A DNA stretch of 64,000 bases from Bacilli bacterium (GTDB lineage: Bacteria; Bacillota_I; Bacilli_A; RF39; UBA660): NCBI GenBank assembly GCA_050948865.1, contig JBMNEQ010000003.1:3147-67146 (forward strand), in the 5' to 3' direction. The translations under genes and the position numbers were made by a program. The notes beneath the pieces were generated by a model. It was given only the letters and a program-made list of their open reading frames with translations, was not told the DNA's origin and searched no databases. Shown here piece after piece: positions 8,913-23,188 of the stretch (the stretch's first letter is position 1; each line of letters opens with the position of its first letter).

Positions 8913-10634
8913 ATGTTGAAAAAAGAAGGTTTTACTTTAATAGAATTACTAGCAGTAATCGTTATTTTAGCAATTATCTTAGCAATATCTATACCTACAA
9001 TAACAGGCTTAATAGAAAGCACAACAAAAAATGCTTTTTTAATGGATGCCAAAATGGTTATTAAGGCAATAGATTATCAATTAATGGAAGGCTATGATTT
9101 AGAGAAAACACCAATTAATAAAGAGAATTTTGAAACAATCCTAAAATTAAGTACTAAAAACTATGAAGAAGTTATTGTTGTATCTAATGAAAAAAAGGAA
9201 CCTTATGTAAAATTAGTTGGTCAAAATAAATGGGCAGGTTTAACAGTATGTGGGACGTATAAGGATATGAAAATTGGGTCAACTACTGAAATAGTTTGTG
9301 AACCACCAGTTATTGCAGGAGATGAAGGTGGATGGGATTCTAATAAAGGAGTCAATCGTCCTCAATTAGCTAAGGGGATGATACCGGTTATATGGGATGA
9401 TAATGATGACTTAATTAAAAAAGGTGAAGCTGGTTGGAATGATGATTTATGGTATGATTACAAAAATGAGCAAAGATGGGCAAATGCAGTAAGTGTTCAC
9501 GATAATGAAATTATAGCATATTGGGTTTGGATACCAAGATATGTATATAAGATAACCAAATGTCATCACGGAATTGAAGAATGTATGCAGGATAATAATG
9601 AAGAGTTGTATGGTGAAATAAAAATATCTTTTACTAGGGGCACAGATGATGTTGCTCCTGATGGTGAATTAAAAAATACCTGTGAATATAACGCTGATGG
9701 GATACCTACTGGTGAGAATCCTTGTGCTAATGATTCTAATGGCACATGGTCAACTCATCCAGCTTTTACTTTTGGTTATGATGAAGATAAAGTTGAATTA
9801 ACGGGATTTTGGGTAGCAAAATTTGAACCTTCTCTTGCTGGAGATTGTACAGGAAATAATGATGGAAAACATTTAGATTATGTATGTCCTATAAATATTC
9901 TTCCTGGAAAAGAATCATGGCGAGCCACAAGAATAGGTGCCTATTTTAGTGCTTTTCGTAACATGGAAGTAGATGTTCGTTATGGTTGGGAGGTAGCAAG
10001 TGAGCTTCAAACAAGCGGAATGTTTTTACATGATAATAATGATGTAGATACTCATTTGATGAAAAACGTAGAATGGGGAGCAGTAGCCTATTTAGCAACA
10101 TCAGAATATGGGAAAAACGAAAGGATTGATAGAAATACTAGTTATGATTATTATACTGGTGGAAATAAGGCCTCATCTTATACTCAGGAAGATTCTTATA
10201 AATATAATGTAAAACAAAGTACTACAGGAAATGTAACTGGAATATATGATATGTCAGGAGGTGCATATGAATATACAGCGGCTTATGTAAATAATGAAAA
10301 TAGTAGTTTAACTACTTATGGTGAAGTAATAGTAAATGCTAATAAAAAGTATAAAGATGTTTATTTAGCAACAAATGATGGTCGAGTAAATAATTATAAT
10401 GAATCTGAATATAAAAAAGGAGATGCTATATGGGAAACAACAACTTCGTCTGGTACTACTAGTTCATGGTTTGGGGAATATTCTTATATGCCCTATTCGT
10501 CTGGTCCCTGGTTTCTACGGGGTGGCGACTGGAATAGTTCTAATTCGGGCGTCTTCTACTTCAACGGCAACAGTGGCAATGCTTTCAGCAGCGTCAGTGG
10601 GCGGGCCGTGGTGCTGGTAGCAAAAGGATTGTAA
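8913..10634 (+). CDS. Prepilin-type protein: N-terminal type IV pilin module fused to a C-terminal FGE-sulfatase/SUMF1-like domain
   Basis: Class III signal MLKKEG|FTLIELLAVIVIL with Glu at +5. The C-terminal part carries FGE-domain signatures GIYDMSGGAYEYT (compare GLYDMSGNVWEWT) and WFLRGGDWNSS...GRAVV (compare RGGSW...GFR). Confidence 0.7.
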   Translation: MLKKEGFTLIELLAVIVILAIILAISIPTITGLIESTTKNAFLMDAKMVIKAIDYQLMEGYDLEKTPINKENFETILKLSTKNYEEVIVVSNEKKEPYVKLVGQNKWAGLTVCGTYKDMKIGSTTEIVCEPPVIAGDEGGWDSNKGVNRPQLAKGMIPVIWDDNDDLIKKGEAGWNDDLWYDYKNEQRWANAVSVHDNEIIAYWVWIPRYVYKITKCHHGIEECMQDNNEELYGEIKISFTRGTDDVAPDGELKNTCEYNADGIPTGENPCANDSNGTWSTHPAFTFGYDEDKVELTGFWVAKFEPSLAGDCTGNNDGKHLDYVCPINILPGKESWRATRIGAYFSAFRNMEVDVRYGWEVASELQTSGMFLHDNNDVDTHLMKNVEWGAVAYLATSEYGKNERIDRNTSYDYYTGGNKASSYTQEDSYKYNVKQSTTGNVTGIYDMSGGAYEYTAAYVNNENSSLTTYGEVIVNANKKYKDVYLATNDGRVNNYNESEYKKGDAIWETTTSSGTTSSWFGEYSYMPYSSGPWFLRGGDWNSSNSGVFYFNGNSGNAFSSVSGRAVVLVAKGL

Positions 10635-10679
10635 TCCTTTTGCGACTTGCCCTGATTTCTTTTTCCCCTTTTTTTCCGA

Positions 10680-10753
10680 CCTTGTCAAGTTAACTGTGTA
10701 AGTTGTCTATTATTATTGTATCAAGGATTATAAATCTAAATGTTTTGTAATCC
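10680..10753. repeat. 74-bp repeat, copy 1, with an internal hairpin aaggatta...taatcctt. It overlaps the 3' end of the IS256-like transposase gene.
   Basis: Matches 12827-12900 in direct orientation with 3 mismatches. Contains ttaactgtgtaagt. Confidence 0.8.
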
Positions 10754-11790
10754 TTTTTTCATGCAATATTATTAATTGATTTAAGATTGTTTTCCAATTT
10801 CTCACACCTTTCGACCACTTTTCTTCTAAATCTCTTACTCTTAAATATAATACCTTTATTACAGCTTCTTTGCTTGGAAAACTTCCTTTCCCATTTGTTA
10901 CCTTTCTTAAGGCTGAATTTAATGACTCTATTGGATTTGTCGTATAGATTACTTTCCTTATTTCCTTGGGATATTCAAATAACAACAGTATATATTCCAT
11001 ACTATCATTTACTTTCTTTACTATTTTGGGGTATTTTTCTGAGTATTTATCGTTAAAGTTTTCTAATTCTATAAGAGCAGCTTCTTTTGTATTACTTTGA
11101 TATATCTTTTTATAATCACTCATAATATTCTTAGCCACTTTTTTTGGACATATCTTATAAAGATTCCTACATAAATGAACTACACACCTTTGAGTCAATG
11201 TATTTGGGTATACTGTTTCTATTGCAGTATCTAACCCTGTTAAGCCATCCATAGAAATAAATATTATATCCTCTACGCCTCGTTCTTTTATTTCCTCTAA
11301 AATCTCAGTCCAAAAAGTAGCTGATTCTGTTTCATTTAACCAAATCCCTAATACCTCCTTTTTACCATCTAAACCTATTCCTAACATTACATAAACAGCT
11401 GTCTTTTTACTTACCAAATCATTTTTAATTGGTATGAATAAACAATCTATATATATAAATGGATAAATACTTTTAAGTCTTCTATTTTGCCATTTAATAA
11501 CTTCTTCATTAACAGAAGAAATTAAATGGCTAATAAGAGTTTTACTAATATCTATTTTATATATTTTTATTAATAATTGCCTAATATCTTCTTGGGTTAA
11601 TCCCTTGGCATACATTCCAATAATTATATCATCATATCCTTTTAAAACCCTTTGTCTTTTTGATAATATTATAGGATCAAAACTACCATCTCTATCCCTT
11701 GGCATATCTACTTTTATTATTCCTTTATCTGTTTTAACAATTTTATTTTTACTTGAATAACGGCCCTGTATAATTAACTGTGTAAGTGCG
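10728..11790 (-). pseudogene. IS256-family (mutator-type) transposase, N-terminally truncated
   Basis: Core aligns to IS256 Tnp (PRDRDG, GIGLDG, ISMDGLTGL, CVVHL). Reading upstream of the first Met continues in-frame through LTQLIIQGRYSS to a stop near 11790. The first roughly 70 aa of the family are missing. Confidence 0.75.
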
Positions 11791-11810
11791 CGTTCGCACT
11801 ACACAGTTTT
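11777..11810. repeat. Imperfect palindrome aactgtgtaagtg-cgcgttc-gcactacacagtt at the truncation point of the IS256-like gene
   Basis: Read directly. The left arm equals the ttaactgtgtaagt motif present in both 74-bp repeats. Confidence 0.6.
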
Positions 11811-11833
11811 TTTAATAATGAGGAGGAAGAAAA

Positions 11834-12616
11834 ATGAAAGAAAAAGTTAATCAAATGAAAAACAGAAATTTAAAAGATTTATTCACAATTTTATATGTAG
11901 TAAAAAACCAAATAGAGGTTGTTGTTGATGATAATATTATTCATCAAAACTCTTATGTTATAACTGGAATGGATATTGCCGGAAACCGTTATATTATTGA
12001 TATTGTTATTGATGATAAAGAAAATAATAGATTTTGGCTAGACGTGTTTGAAAGTATAAAAAACAGAGGAGTTAAAAGAATCTTATTTTTAAGTATTGAA
12101 ACAAATAAAAATATTTCTAGAGCTTTAAAGATTAGTTTTCCTGATACTATTATTGTTTTCCCTTTAACTGATACAATTAATCAATTTTATAAATATATTA
12201 GCAGTAGAGGAAAAGGCAATATAAGTAAATTAATAAAAGATTTATGTATTCAACCTAATATTGAACAATTTACTTGTAAAGTTGAATTATTACAAGAACA
12301 ATATGTTAATAATTATATTGTTAATATTTTAATTAATAACAAATTAGAAGATATCAAACAAACATATAAATATGATGAGAATGTAAGAAAATTATTGTTT
12401 AGTCATAACAAAAATTTAGATATTTATGATAAGATTAATACATACTGTTTAAAGAATTATGTTAAAAATAATGAAGAATTATGGATTGAACTATGGGAAA
12501 CTATTTTATCTTTTGAGAAAAATAAATCTTTTAATAAACAAGCCTGGATGGAGATATTAAATGGTTTAACCTATAATTTTAACAATGAAATTATTGAAGC
12601 AATTAAGGAGAGTTAA
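11834..12616 (+). CDS. Divergent IS256-family transposase core-domain protein, truncated or domesticated, with the second catalytic Asp replaced by Glu
   Basis: SYVITGMDIAGNRY...NRFWLDVFESIKNRGVKRILFLSIE aligns with VYVMLGIGLDGKKE...ATFWTEILEEIKERGVEDIIFISMD of the neighbouring transposase. It has its own RBS gaggagg. Confidence 0.55.
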   Translation: MKEKVNQMKNRNLKDLFTILYVVKNQIEVVVDDNIIHQNSYVITGMDIAGNRYIIDIVIDDKENNRFWLDVFESIKNRGVKRILFLSIETNKNISRALKISFPDTIIVFPLTDTINQFYKYISSRGKGNISKLIKDLCIQPNIEQFTCKVELLQEQYVNNYIVNILINNKLEDIKQTYKYDENVRKLLFSHNKNLDIYDKINTYCLKNYVKNNEELWIELWETILSFEKNKSFNKQAWMEILNGLTYNFNNEIIEAIKES

Positions 12617-12618
12617 GT

Positions 12619-12849
12619 ATGAAGAAAAATGTTAAAAATAAAATAATTAATCAAATTTTAGAAAACACAAAAATAACTACCACTAAAGACATTAATAATG
12701 TATTAGATGATTTATATGGAAATATTATTCAAAGATTATTAGAAACTGAAATGGATAATCATTTAGGTTATGATAAAAACTCAAAAGAAGTTAAAGAAAC
12801 AAATAATAGAAGAAACGGTTATTCAAACCTTGTCAAGTTAACTGTGTAA
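12619..12849 (+). pseudogene. IS256-family transposase N-terminal fragment (76 aa) running into the 74-bp repeat
   Basis: ...EMDNHLGYDKNS...NRRNGYS resembles the IS256 Tnp N-terminus (EHLGYEK...QRNGYYERS). The ORF terminates inside ttaactgtgtaa. Confidence 0.55.
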
Positions 12850-12900
12850 GTTGTCTATTATTATTGTATCAAGGATTATAAATCTAAAAGCTTTGTAATC
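12827..12900. repeat. 74-bp repeat, copy 2
   Basis: Direct repeat of 10680-10753. Confidence 0.8.
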
Positions 12901-12988
12901 CTTGGTATAATCTCATATTTATCATTTTTTATAAGAAAAAACTTTTCTATGAGCCTATTTATAAGGCTTTGGGGAGTTTTTCTTATTT

Positions 12989-14020
12989 TTAAAAACTGCG
13001 TAAGTTTTTTGTTTTTGTAAAGGAGATAATTTTTTTTAAATTCTTTTCAGTTATTACTTCGTAATCAGTTCTGAAATCAAACTTTTTATGGATATAATCA
13101 GTTATATCTGTTCTGGTATAGGTTGGAATATAATTGTTTTTTTCTTTAAAAACGTTCATTCCTTTTAAAGTTTTTAGAAGTTCTTCAATTGTATATTTGT
13201 TATCTAATTTTTTTTCAAAGTATCTATAAATAATTAAAGCTAAGAAACAAGTTAAAAAGTGGGCTTTTATTCTTTCATCCTTTGATAAATATATGGGCCT
13301 AGATTTAAAATCATTTTTCATTATCCTAAAACACTCTTCCATTTCCCATGTTTGGTGATTAATATTAACTATTTCTTCAATCTCATCTTCGAGATTAGTG
13401 CATACTGCGTATAATCCGTCATATTGGGATTCTTCTAATATTGCATTTTGATCTAAATGATAATATTTTTTAGGAGCAATTTCCCCGTCAGAAGTAGTAT
13501 TTACTTCTTTAATAAATCTCTTAGGATCGTTTTGTTTAGCTTTTTCTAATTTTTTTAGATCAGAGTTGAGTAGTTTTAAAGCCCTTTCAATTTGTTTATT
13601 TCTAATCTTTTTTTGATATTCTTGATATTTTACGGAATAAGTAATAATTAATCTTTGTTCAAGTCCATCTTCTTTAATCCATCTTTCTTTATAAAAAGTT
13701 TTATTTCTAAAGGTTTGAATGAAAGCTTCCTCTTCTCTTAATTTAGAAATATCATAAGTTTTATTATTACCTAAAAGTTTCCAATCAGAAGATAAATCAA
13801 GTGCCCACTTCTTTAAAAATCTTTTTAATTTTTTAATCGATTGAGTGGTAATGAAACTTCTTTTGTGGGTGTTATTAAACTTTCTATTGGTTTTTGATGC
13901 AAGACCAGTATCACTGCAAACTATAAACTTTGATGTTTTAAAATCATTAATAATTTTTTCTTCTAATGGTTTTAAAGTAATTTGTTCATTTGTGTTTTCT
14001 TGGAGTAATATCAAAAGCAA
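12989..14020 (-). pseudogene. IS4-family (DDE_Tnp_1) transposase, probably N-terminally truncated
   Basis: C-terminal IS4 signature HQTWEMEECFRIMK (the Y/H-x-x-W-x-x-E-x-x-F-R-x-x-K pattern). 343 aa without the usual N-terminal region. Confidence 0.6.
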
Positions 14021-14170
14021 GAAGTAAGCAGTAAAAAAACAAAGAGGCAGAAAATTAAGTGTGCGATTTTTTTTGTAGTTATTAACATATGTTAAAGTAA
14101 TGTTGGTCTTTTTTCTATAAAAAAAAGACCATTATATTTAGGTAATGGTCTAAAATAATTTGAATTGTTT

Positions 14171-14365
14171 TTATAATTTGTAGATTGCTTCTGTTGGACA
14201 ACTTTCTAAGGCTTCTAAAGCAGCCTCCATATCCTTTTCTTCAACTTCTTTAGTTTCTTTTTTAACATAAGCAAAACCTTCATCATCAAAATCAAAAACT
14301 TCTGGGGCAATACTTACGCAAGCACCACACTTGATACATTTTTCTTTGTTAACATCTAATTTCAT
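14171..14365 (-). CDS. Small 4Fe-4S ferredoxin
   Basis: 64 aa. CIKCGACVSIAPEVF...ESCPTEAI. Confidence 0.8.
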   Translation of the reverse strand: MKLDVNKEKCIKCGACVSIAPEVFDFDDEGFAYVKKETKEVEEKDMEAALEALESCPTEAIYKL

Positions 14366-14476
14366 ATATCCTCCTTGTATAATGTAATTATAATATCAAA
14401 AATAGTAAAATGCAAGGTTATTATCTTTGAAAAATGTTAAATTTATGATATTATTTAAGTAACTGGAGTTGGTAAA

Positions 14477-15280
14477 ATGAAAACAAGAACAGAGCGTTAT
14501 TATAAAAGAAAAGATTGTTTAGTTAGAACGGAAAAAAATGATGATTTATATAATAAAATATATGAAGAAACAACTCCTATTTCTAGGATTGATCTTTTAG
14601 ATAATGTTAGTGAAATTGATGTTGATAAATTAAAAGAAATGATTGGTCCTATTAAAAAAGAATCCAAAGAAATATCTAAAAGTTTTGATTTAACTGCCAG
14701 TTTGGAAAAAGAATATGATATTTATGAAGATATAGAAAATAAAATGTATGATATTAATAGTATTTTAGAAAAGGCTAAAGAACAAAGGGGATTAGATGAA
14801 AAGGAAAAATATAAAAAATTAAGAAATACTCAATTTAATATTTTATCAAGATTAGAATTAAATCAAGAAGAGGAACAAGTAGAAGGAGAAATGGTAACAG
14901 ATTTTTTTACTAAAGAAAAAGATTTATCTAATTTAATGGAAATGACTAGAGAAAGTAAAAATTTATCTAAAACGAAATCATCGACTGATTTGTTTTCTGA
15001 TTTAAAAGGTAGTGATAATACAGAAATTACTGATCCTATTGAAGAAGCGAATATTAATATTGAAGAGATTAAAAAGGCTAGTAAGGAAATTAAACCAGAA
15101 GAAAATACATTTTATACTAGTGTTTTGCCTTTTACTAAAGAAGATTTTGATGGTTTTCAGGATTTACAAGGGGCCATTAAAACTAATAATACTTTAATCA
15201 AGGTTTTAATTGGGACTTTAATTATAGTTTTATTAATCACTTTGGCTTTGTTTTATTTTGGAGTAATTAGTTTGCCTTAA
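14477..15280 (+). CDS. Hypothetical charged protein with a C-terminal transmembrane anchor
   Basis: 267 aa, K/E-rich. A C-terminal hydrophobic helix and its position upstream of yunB (sporulation neighbourhood) are the only further evidence. Confidence 0.5.
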   Translation: MKTRTERYYKRKDCLVRTEKNDDLYNKIYEETTPISRIDLLDNVSEIDVDKLKEMIGPIKKESKEISKSFDLTASLEKEYDIYEDIENKMYDINSILEKAKEQRGLDEKEKYKKLRNTQFNILSRLELNQEEEQVEGEMVTDFFTKEKDLSNLMEMTRESKNLSKTKSSTDLFSDLKGSDNTEITDPIEEANINIEEIKKASKEIKPEENTFYTSVLPFTKEDFDGFQDLQGAIKTNNTLIKVLIGTLIIVLLITLALFYFGVISLP

Positions 15281-15313
15281 TTTAGAATTTTTACATATAT
15301 ATTAATAGGTGGT

Positions 15314-16075
15314 TTGATGAGGCGAATTAAATTAAGAAAGAGAAGAGGAATTAAACGCTGGAATATTTTTATCACGGCGTTAATTTTTTTATTGATGATG
15401 ATGATGATGTTATTAATGTATTTTAATAATAAAGTTCTTCCTATTTTATTTAATTTTGCTGAATTGGAAACAATAAAGTTAGCGAATTTAATTATTAACC
15501 GAGCTATTAATAAACAGGTAGCTAGTGAAATGAATTTAGATAATTTATTCACGACGGTTCAAGATAAAGAGGGAGTTATTCAAACAATTGATTTTAATCC
15601 GACCATAGTTAACCGTGTTTTAGGAACAACAACTAATATTGTTCAATTACATTTAAAAGCGATTGAACAAGGAGATATTGATTTAATTGAAATTCCTGAT
15701 AATATCTTAGTAGAATATGATAAAGAAAATTTAAGAAAGGGAATTATTTATGAAGTTCCCCTTTTAGCAGCAACCAGAAATGCTTTTTTATCAAATATTG
15801 GTCCTAAAATTCCAGTAAAATTAAATTTAGTTGGTAGTGTTATCAGTAATATAAAGACTCAGATAAAACAGTATGGTATTAATAATGCTTTGGTAGAAGT
15901 TTATATTCAAATCGAAGTAACAGAACAAGTAAATCTTCCTTTTATGTCTAAGCGTGTTCCGATTAAAACAGATATTCCAGTAGCTTTGAAAGTTATCCAG
16001 GGGCAAGTACCTCTTTATTATCAGGGAAATGGTTTAGAAAAGAATTCGTCAATTTTAGCCTTACCTATAGAATAA
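15314..16075 (+). CDS. yunB: Sporulation protein YunB
   Basis: Collinear with B. subtilis YunB: N-terminal TM, ...TTNIVQLHLKAIEQG..., YEVPLLAATRNAFLSNIGPKIPVK..., YGINNALVEVYIQIEV..., IPVALKVIQGQVPLYY. Confidence 0.85.
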   Translation: MMRRIKLRKRRGIKRWNIFITALIFLLMMMMMLLMYFNNKVLPILFNFAELETIKLANLIINRAINKQVASEMNLDNLFTTVQDKEGVIQTIDFNPTIVNRVLGTTTNIVQLHLKAIEQGDIDLIEIPDNILVEYDKENLRKGIIYEVPLLAATRNAFLSNIGPKIPVKLNLVGSVISNIKTQIKQYGINNALVEVYIQIEVTEQVNLPFMSKRVPIKTDIPVALKVIQGQVPLYYQGNGLEKNSSILALPIE

Positions 16076-16127
16076 AAAGAAGTGATATGTTAAGATGTTT
16101 ATGTGATAAAAAGATAGGAGAAATAAT

Positions 16128-17381
16128 ATGGGTTTAAAAAGTTTTTTCTTCAAAGAAGAAGATGATGATAAAGATACCAATCAATTAGTTGGTTTTAAAT
16201 TTTATGAAATAATAATAATAATATTAATTGCTATTTTAATTGGTCTTGTTAGTGGTCTTCATATTGGTAGTTATTATGCTGAGAAGAGTTTAGAGAAAGA
16301 AAAGAAAACAGAAACTCAAGATCCTAGTTTAAATCAATTATCAACGATTTCTGATTGGATATCAGATAATTATTTTGAAAAGATTAGTAAAGAAGAATTA
16401 CTAGAAGCTGCTATTGAAGGAATGATTGATTATGTTGGTGATCCTCATACTTCTTATTTAACTCCTCAAGAAAAGAAGGATTTTGATGAAAGAATGGGTG
16501 GGGAATATCGGGGAATTGGAATTGAATTAACTAGTGATAAAGAGGAAAAGAATATATTTATTATTAATGTTTTTCCTAATTCTCCAGCAGCAACAGCGGG
16601 GCTTCAGGTTGGGGATATAATTATTGCTGTTGATAAAAAAGAAACAAAAAAAATGACTACAGCAGAGATTGCTTCTTATATAAAAGAAGGGAAAAGCAAA
16701 AAGGTTGATATTACAGTAAAAAGAGAGAAAAAAACTTTAACAAAAACAGTTGATAAAAAGAAAGTAACGATTCCCTCAGTAGAAACAGAAATGTTTAAAG
16801 AAAATAATAAAAAAATTGGTTATATTTTTATTTCTTTATTCGCTAATAACACTTATGAGCAGTTTAGAAGGGCTGTTTTGGATTTTGAAGATGAAAAGAT
16901 AGATTCTTTAATCATTGATGTTCGTAGTAATTCAGGGGGGTATCTTAATTCTGTTGTGGAGATGATGTCTATGTTTTTACCTAAAGATAGTATTATTTAT
17001 CAAATAAAGGTTCAAGATAATATTAAAAAGCATTATACTAAAACTAAGGAATATCGGGATTATCCAGTGGTTGTTCTTATTAATGAATATAGTGCTTCTG
17101 CTTCAGAAATTTTAGCAGGAGCTTTTAAAGAAGTTTATAAAGCAGAAATTGTTGGCAAAACTTCTTTTGGAAAAGGAAGTGTTCAAGAAACAAGAAATTT
17201 AGAAAATGGGGGTATGTTAAAAATAACTACTCAAAGTTGGTTAACTCCTTTGGGTAATTCTATTGAGGGAAAAGGAATTGAACCAACAATTGAAGTTGAT
17301 TTAGGAAAAGAATATTTAAATAATCCCTCTTCAGAAAATGATAATCAATTACAAAAGGCAATAGAAATATTAAAAAAATAA
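16128..17381 (+). CDS. Carboxyl-terminal processing protease (S41 family, PDZ-containing; CtpA/CtpB-like)
   Basis: GIGIELTSD... is a PDZ domain. SASASEILAGA is the S41 motif. N-terminal TM. Confidence 0.8.
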   Translation: MGLKSFFFKEEDDDKDTNQLVGFKFYEIIIIILIAILIGLVSGLHIGSYYAEKSLEKEKKTETQDPSLNQLSTISDWISDNYFEKISKEELLEAAIEGMIDYVGDPHTSYLTPQEKKDFDERMGGEYRGIGIELTSDKEEKNIFIINVFPNSPAATAGLQVGDIIIAVDKKETKKMTTAEIASYIKEGKSKKVDITVKREKKTLTKTVDKKKVTIPSVETEMFKENNKKIGYIFISLFANNTYEQFRRAVLDFEDEKIDSLIIDVRSNSGGYLNSVVEMMSMFLPKDSIIYQIKVQDNIKKHYTKTKEYRDYPVVVLINEYSASASEILAGAFKEVYKAEIVGKTSFGKGSVQETRNLENGGMLKITTQSWLTPLGNSIEGKGIEPTIEVDLGKEYLNNPSSENDNQLQKAIEILKK

Positions 17382-17399
17382 AAGGATTACCTTTTATTT

Positions 17400-17741
17400 T
17401 TAATATGCTTGACTAGTATTTTCTTCATGTTCGCTTAGTTCTGAAAGTTTAGCTTCAAATTCATTTAAGGTTGTTGTTACTTTTTGGCCTTCAGCTTTTT
17501 CTAATTTATACCAACCTTTTTCAAACAAGATATTAAATATTTCTCGTTGTAAATCATGTGTTTCTTGGCTGATAGTAAATAAATCTTGATATAAGCTTTC
17601 ATTGCTCGCTTCGATTAAGAAAATAGCATAATTTGAAATTAAATATTTTTCATTTGTTAATAAATCCTTTAAATAATCGCAATCATTCATTTCTATTCCT
17701 TTGGGTAATTCTTTTTTAGGATTTTTAACTTCATTATTCAT
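17400..17741 (-). CDS. Spore coat protein F (CotF)-like domain protein
   Basis: Coat_F-type pattern ending ...FEKGWYKLEKA. 113 aa. Confidence 0.6.
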   Translation of the reverse strand: MNNEVKNPKKELPKGIEMNDCDYLKDLLTNEKYLISNYAIFLIEASNESLYQDLFTISQETHDLQREIFNILFEKGWYKLEKAEGQKVTTTLNEFEAKLSELSEHEENTSQAY

Positions 17742-17750
17742 AATGTCCTC

Positions 17751-17948
17751 CTATTTTAATAAATTTAAGATTTTTTGATAATGTTTAGCATGTGTTTTAC
17801 AAACCTTTTCGACTATATTTTTTACATCTTCATCTTCAACATAATCTTCATAATGATGAGCTTTTTTACTTAAAATTAAATTACATGTTAACATATCTTT
17901 AATATAATCGAGATCTTTTGTAGAAATCATTTTTGGTGGTGTGTTCAT
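17751..17948 (-). CDS. Small CotF-like or YraE/YraG-like spore coat-associated protein
   Basis: 65 aa. Similar KDL..IKDML...K..HHYE pattern. Adjacent to the CotF-like gene. Confidence 0.4.
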   Translation of the reverse strand: MNTPPKMISTKDLDYIKDMLTCNLILSKKAHHYEDYVEDEDVKNIVEKVCKTHAKHYQKILNLLK

Positions 17949-18131
17949 CTTGTCCCCCTTTTAAAATTATTATGACCTAATTAAAGGAATTTATGCTCTT
18001 TAAAATAAGAAAGTGGTGTTATTTTTTTAAAAGATGCATATAATATTTTATGGAAAGAAGGACTTTTTTTCATAAAAGTGGTAGAAAAAACAAGTATTTG
18101 ACAAAAAAACAAAAAAAATTAAAAAAACTTG

Positions 18132-18160
18132 TTGACACGCTCCATTTTATTTGTTATATT
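18132..18160 (+). promoter_or_regulatory. rRNA operon promoter, TTGACA-17-TATATT
   Basis: ttgaca 18132-18137, 17-nt spacer, tatatt 18155-18160. An additional ttgaca lies at 18098. Confidence 0.65.
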
Positions 18161-18275
18161 AAACATGCTTTTCTTGAAGAGAAGCCTTTAATTTTTATGA
18201 ATGATCTTTGAAAACTGAGCAAAACGTCAATTTGAGTAATCGGATTTAAACAAAGAAACAATAAAAATTTTTTTA

Positions 18276-19841
<1,566 letters not shown>

Positions 19842-20024
19842 TATGGAGTAATCTATTAGAAAAGAAAGATCTGATTAATATCGTTTTGCTTAGTTTTGAG
19901 AGATTGTTCTCTCAATTAAAAATAGTTCTTTGAAAACTTGGTAATGTGGTGGCTTTATTTTTTTAAATAAAGCATTAAGATCTCAAAGATCTCATCAAAT
20001 TAGGATAATATAAATATCAAAGGT

Positions 20025-22952
<2,928 letters not shown>

Positions 22953-23019
22953 AGATATTTAATTTTTAGTTTGATAGACCACATTACCATGTTTTCAGAG
23001 AATTATTTTTAAGATATTT

Positions 23020-23129
<110 letters not shown>

Positions 23130-23188
23130 TTTTTTTATTTAAGAAGATTTTAAACATCTTTTAGATAATATAACATTAGGAGGTAAAG

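Noticed and set aside
10399-10620. 73-aa ORF in an alternative frame inside the 3' end of the pilin-FGE gene.
   Set aside because: It is produced by the GC-rich patch. The pilin frame carries conserved FGE motifs there, so the overlapping frame is an artefact.
18098-18126. Second upstream rRNA promoter (ttgaca at 18098).
   Set aside because: No acceptable -10 hexamer at 17 to 18-nt spacing (an A-run follows). Only the downstream TTGACA-17-TATATT was kept.
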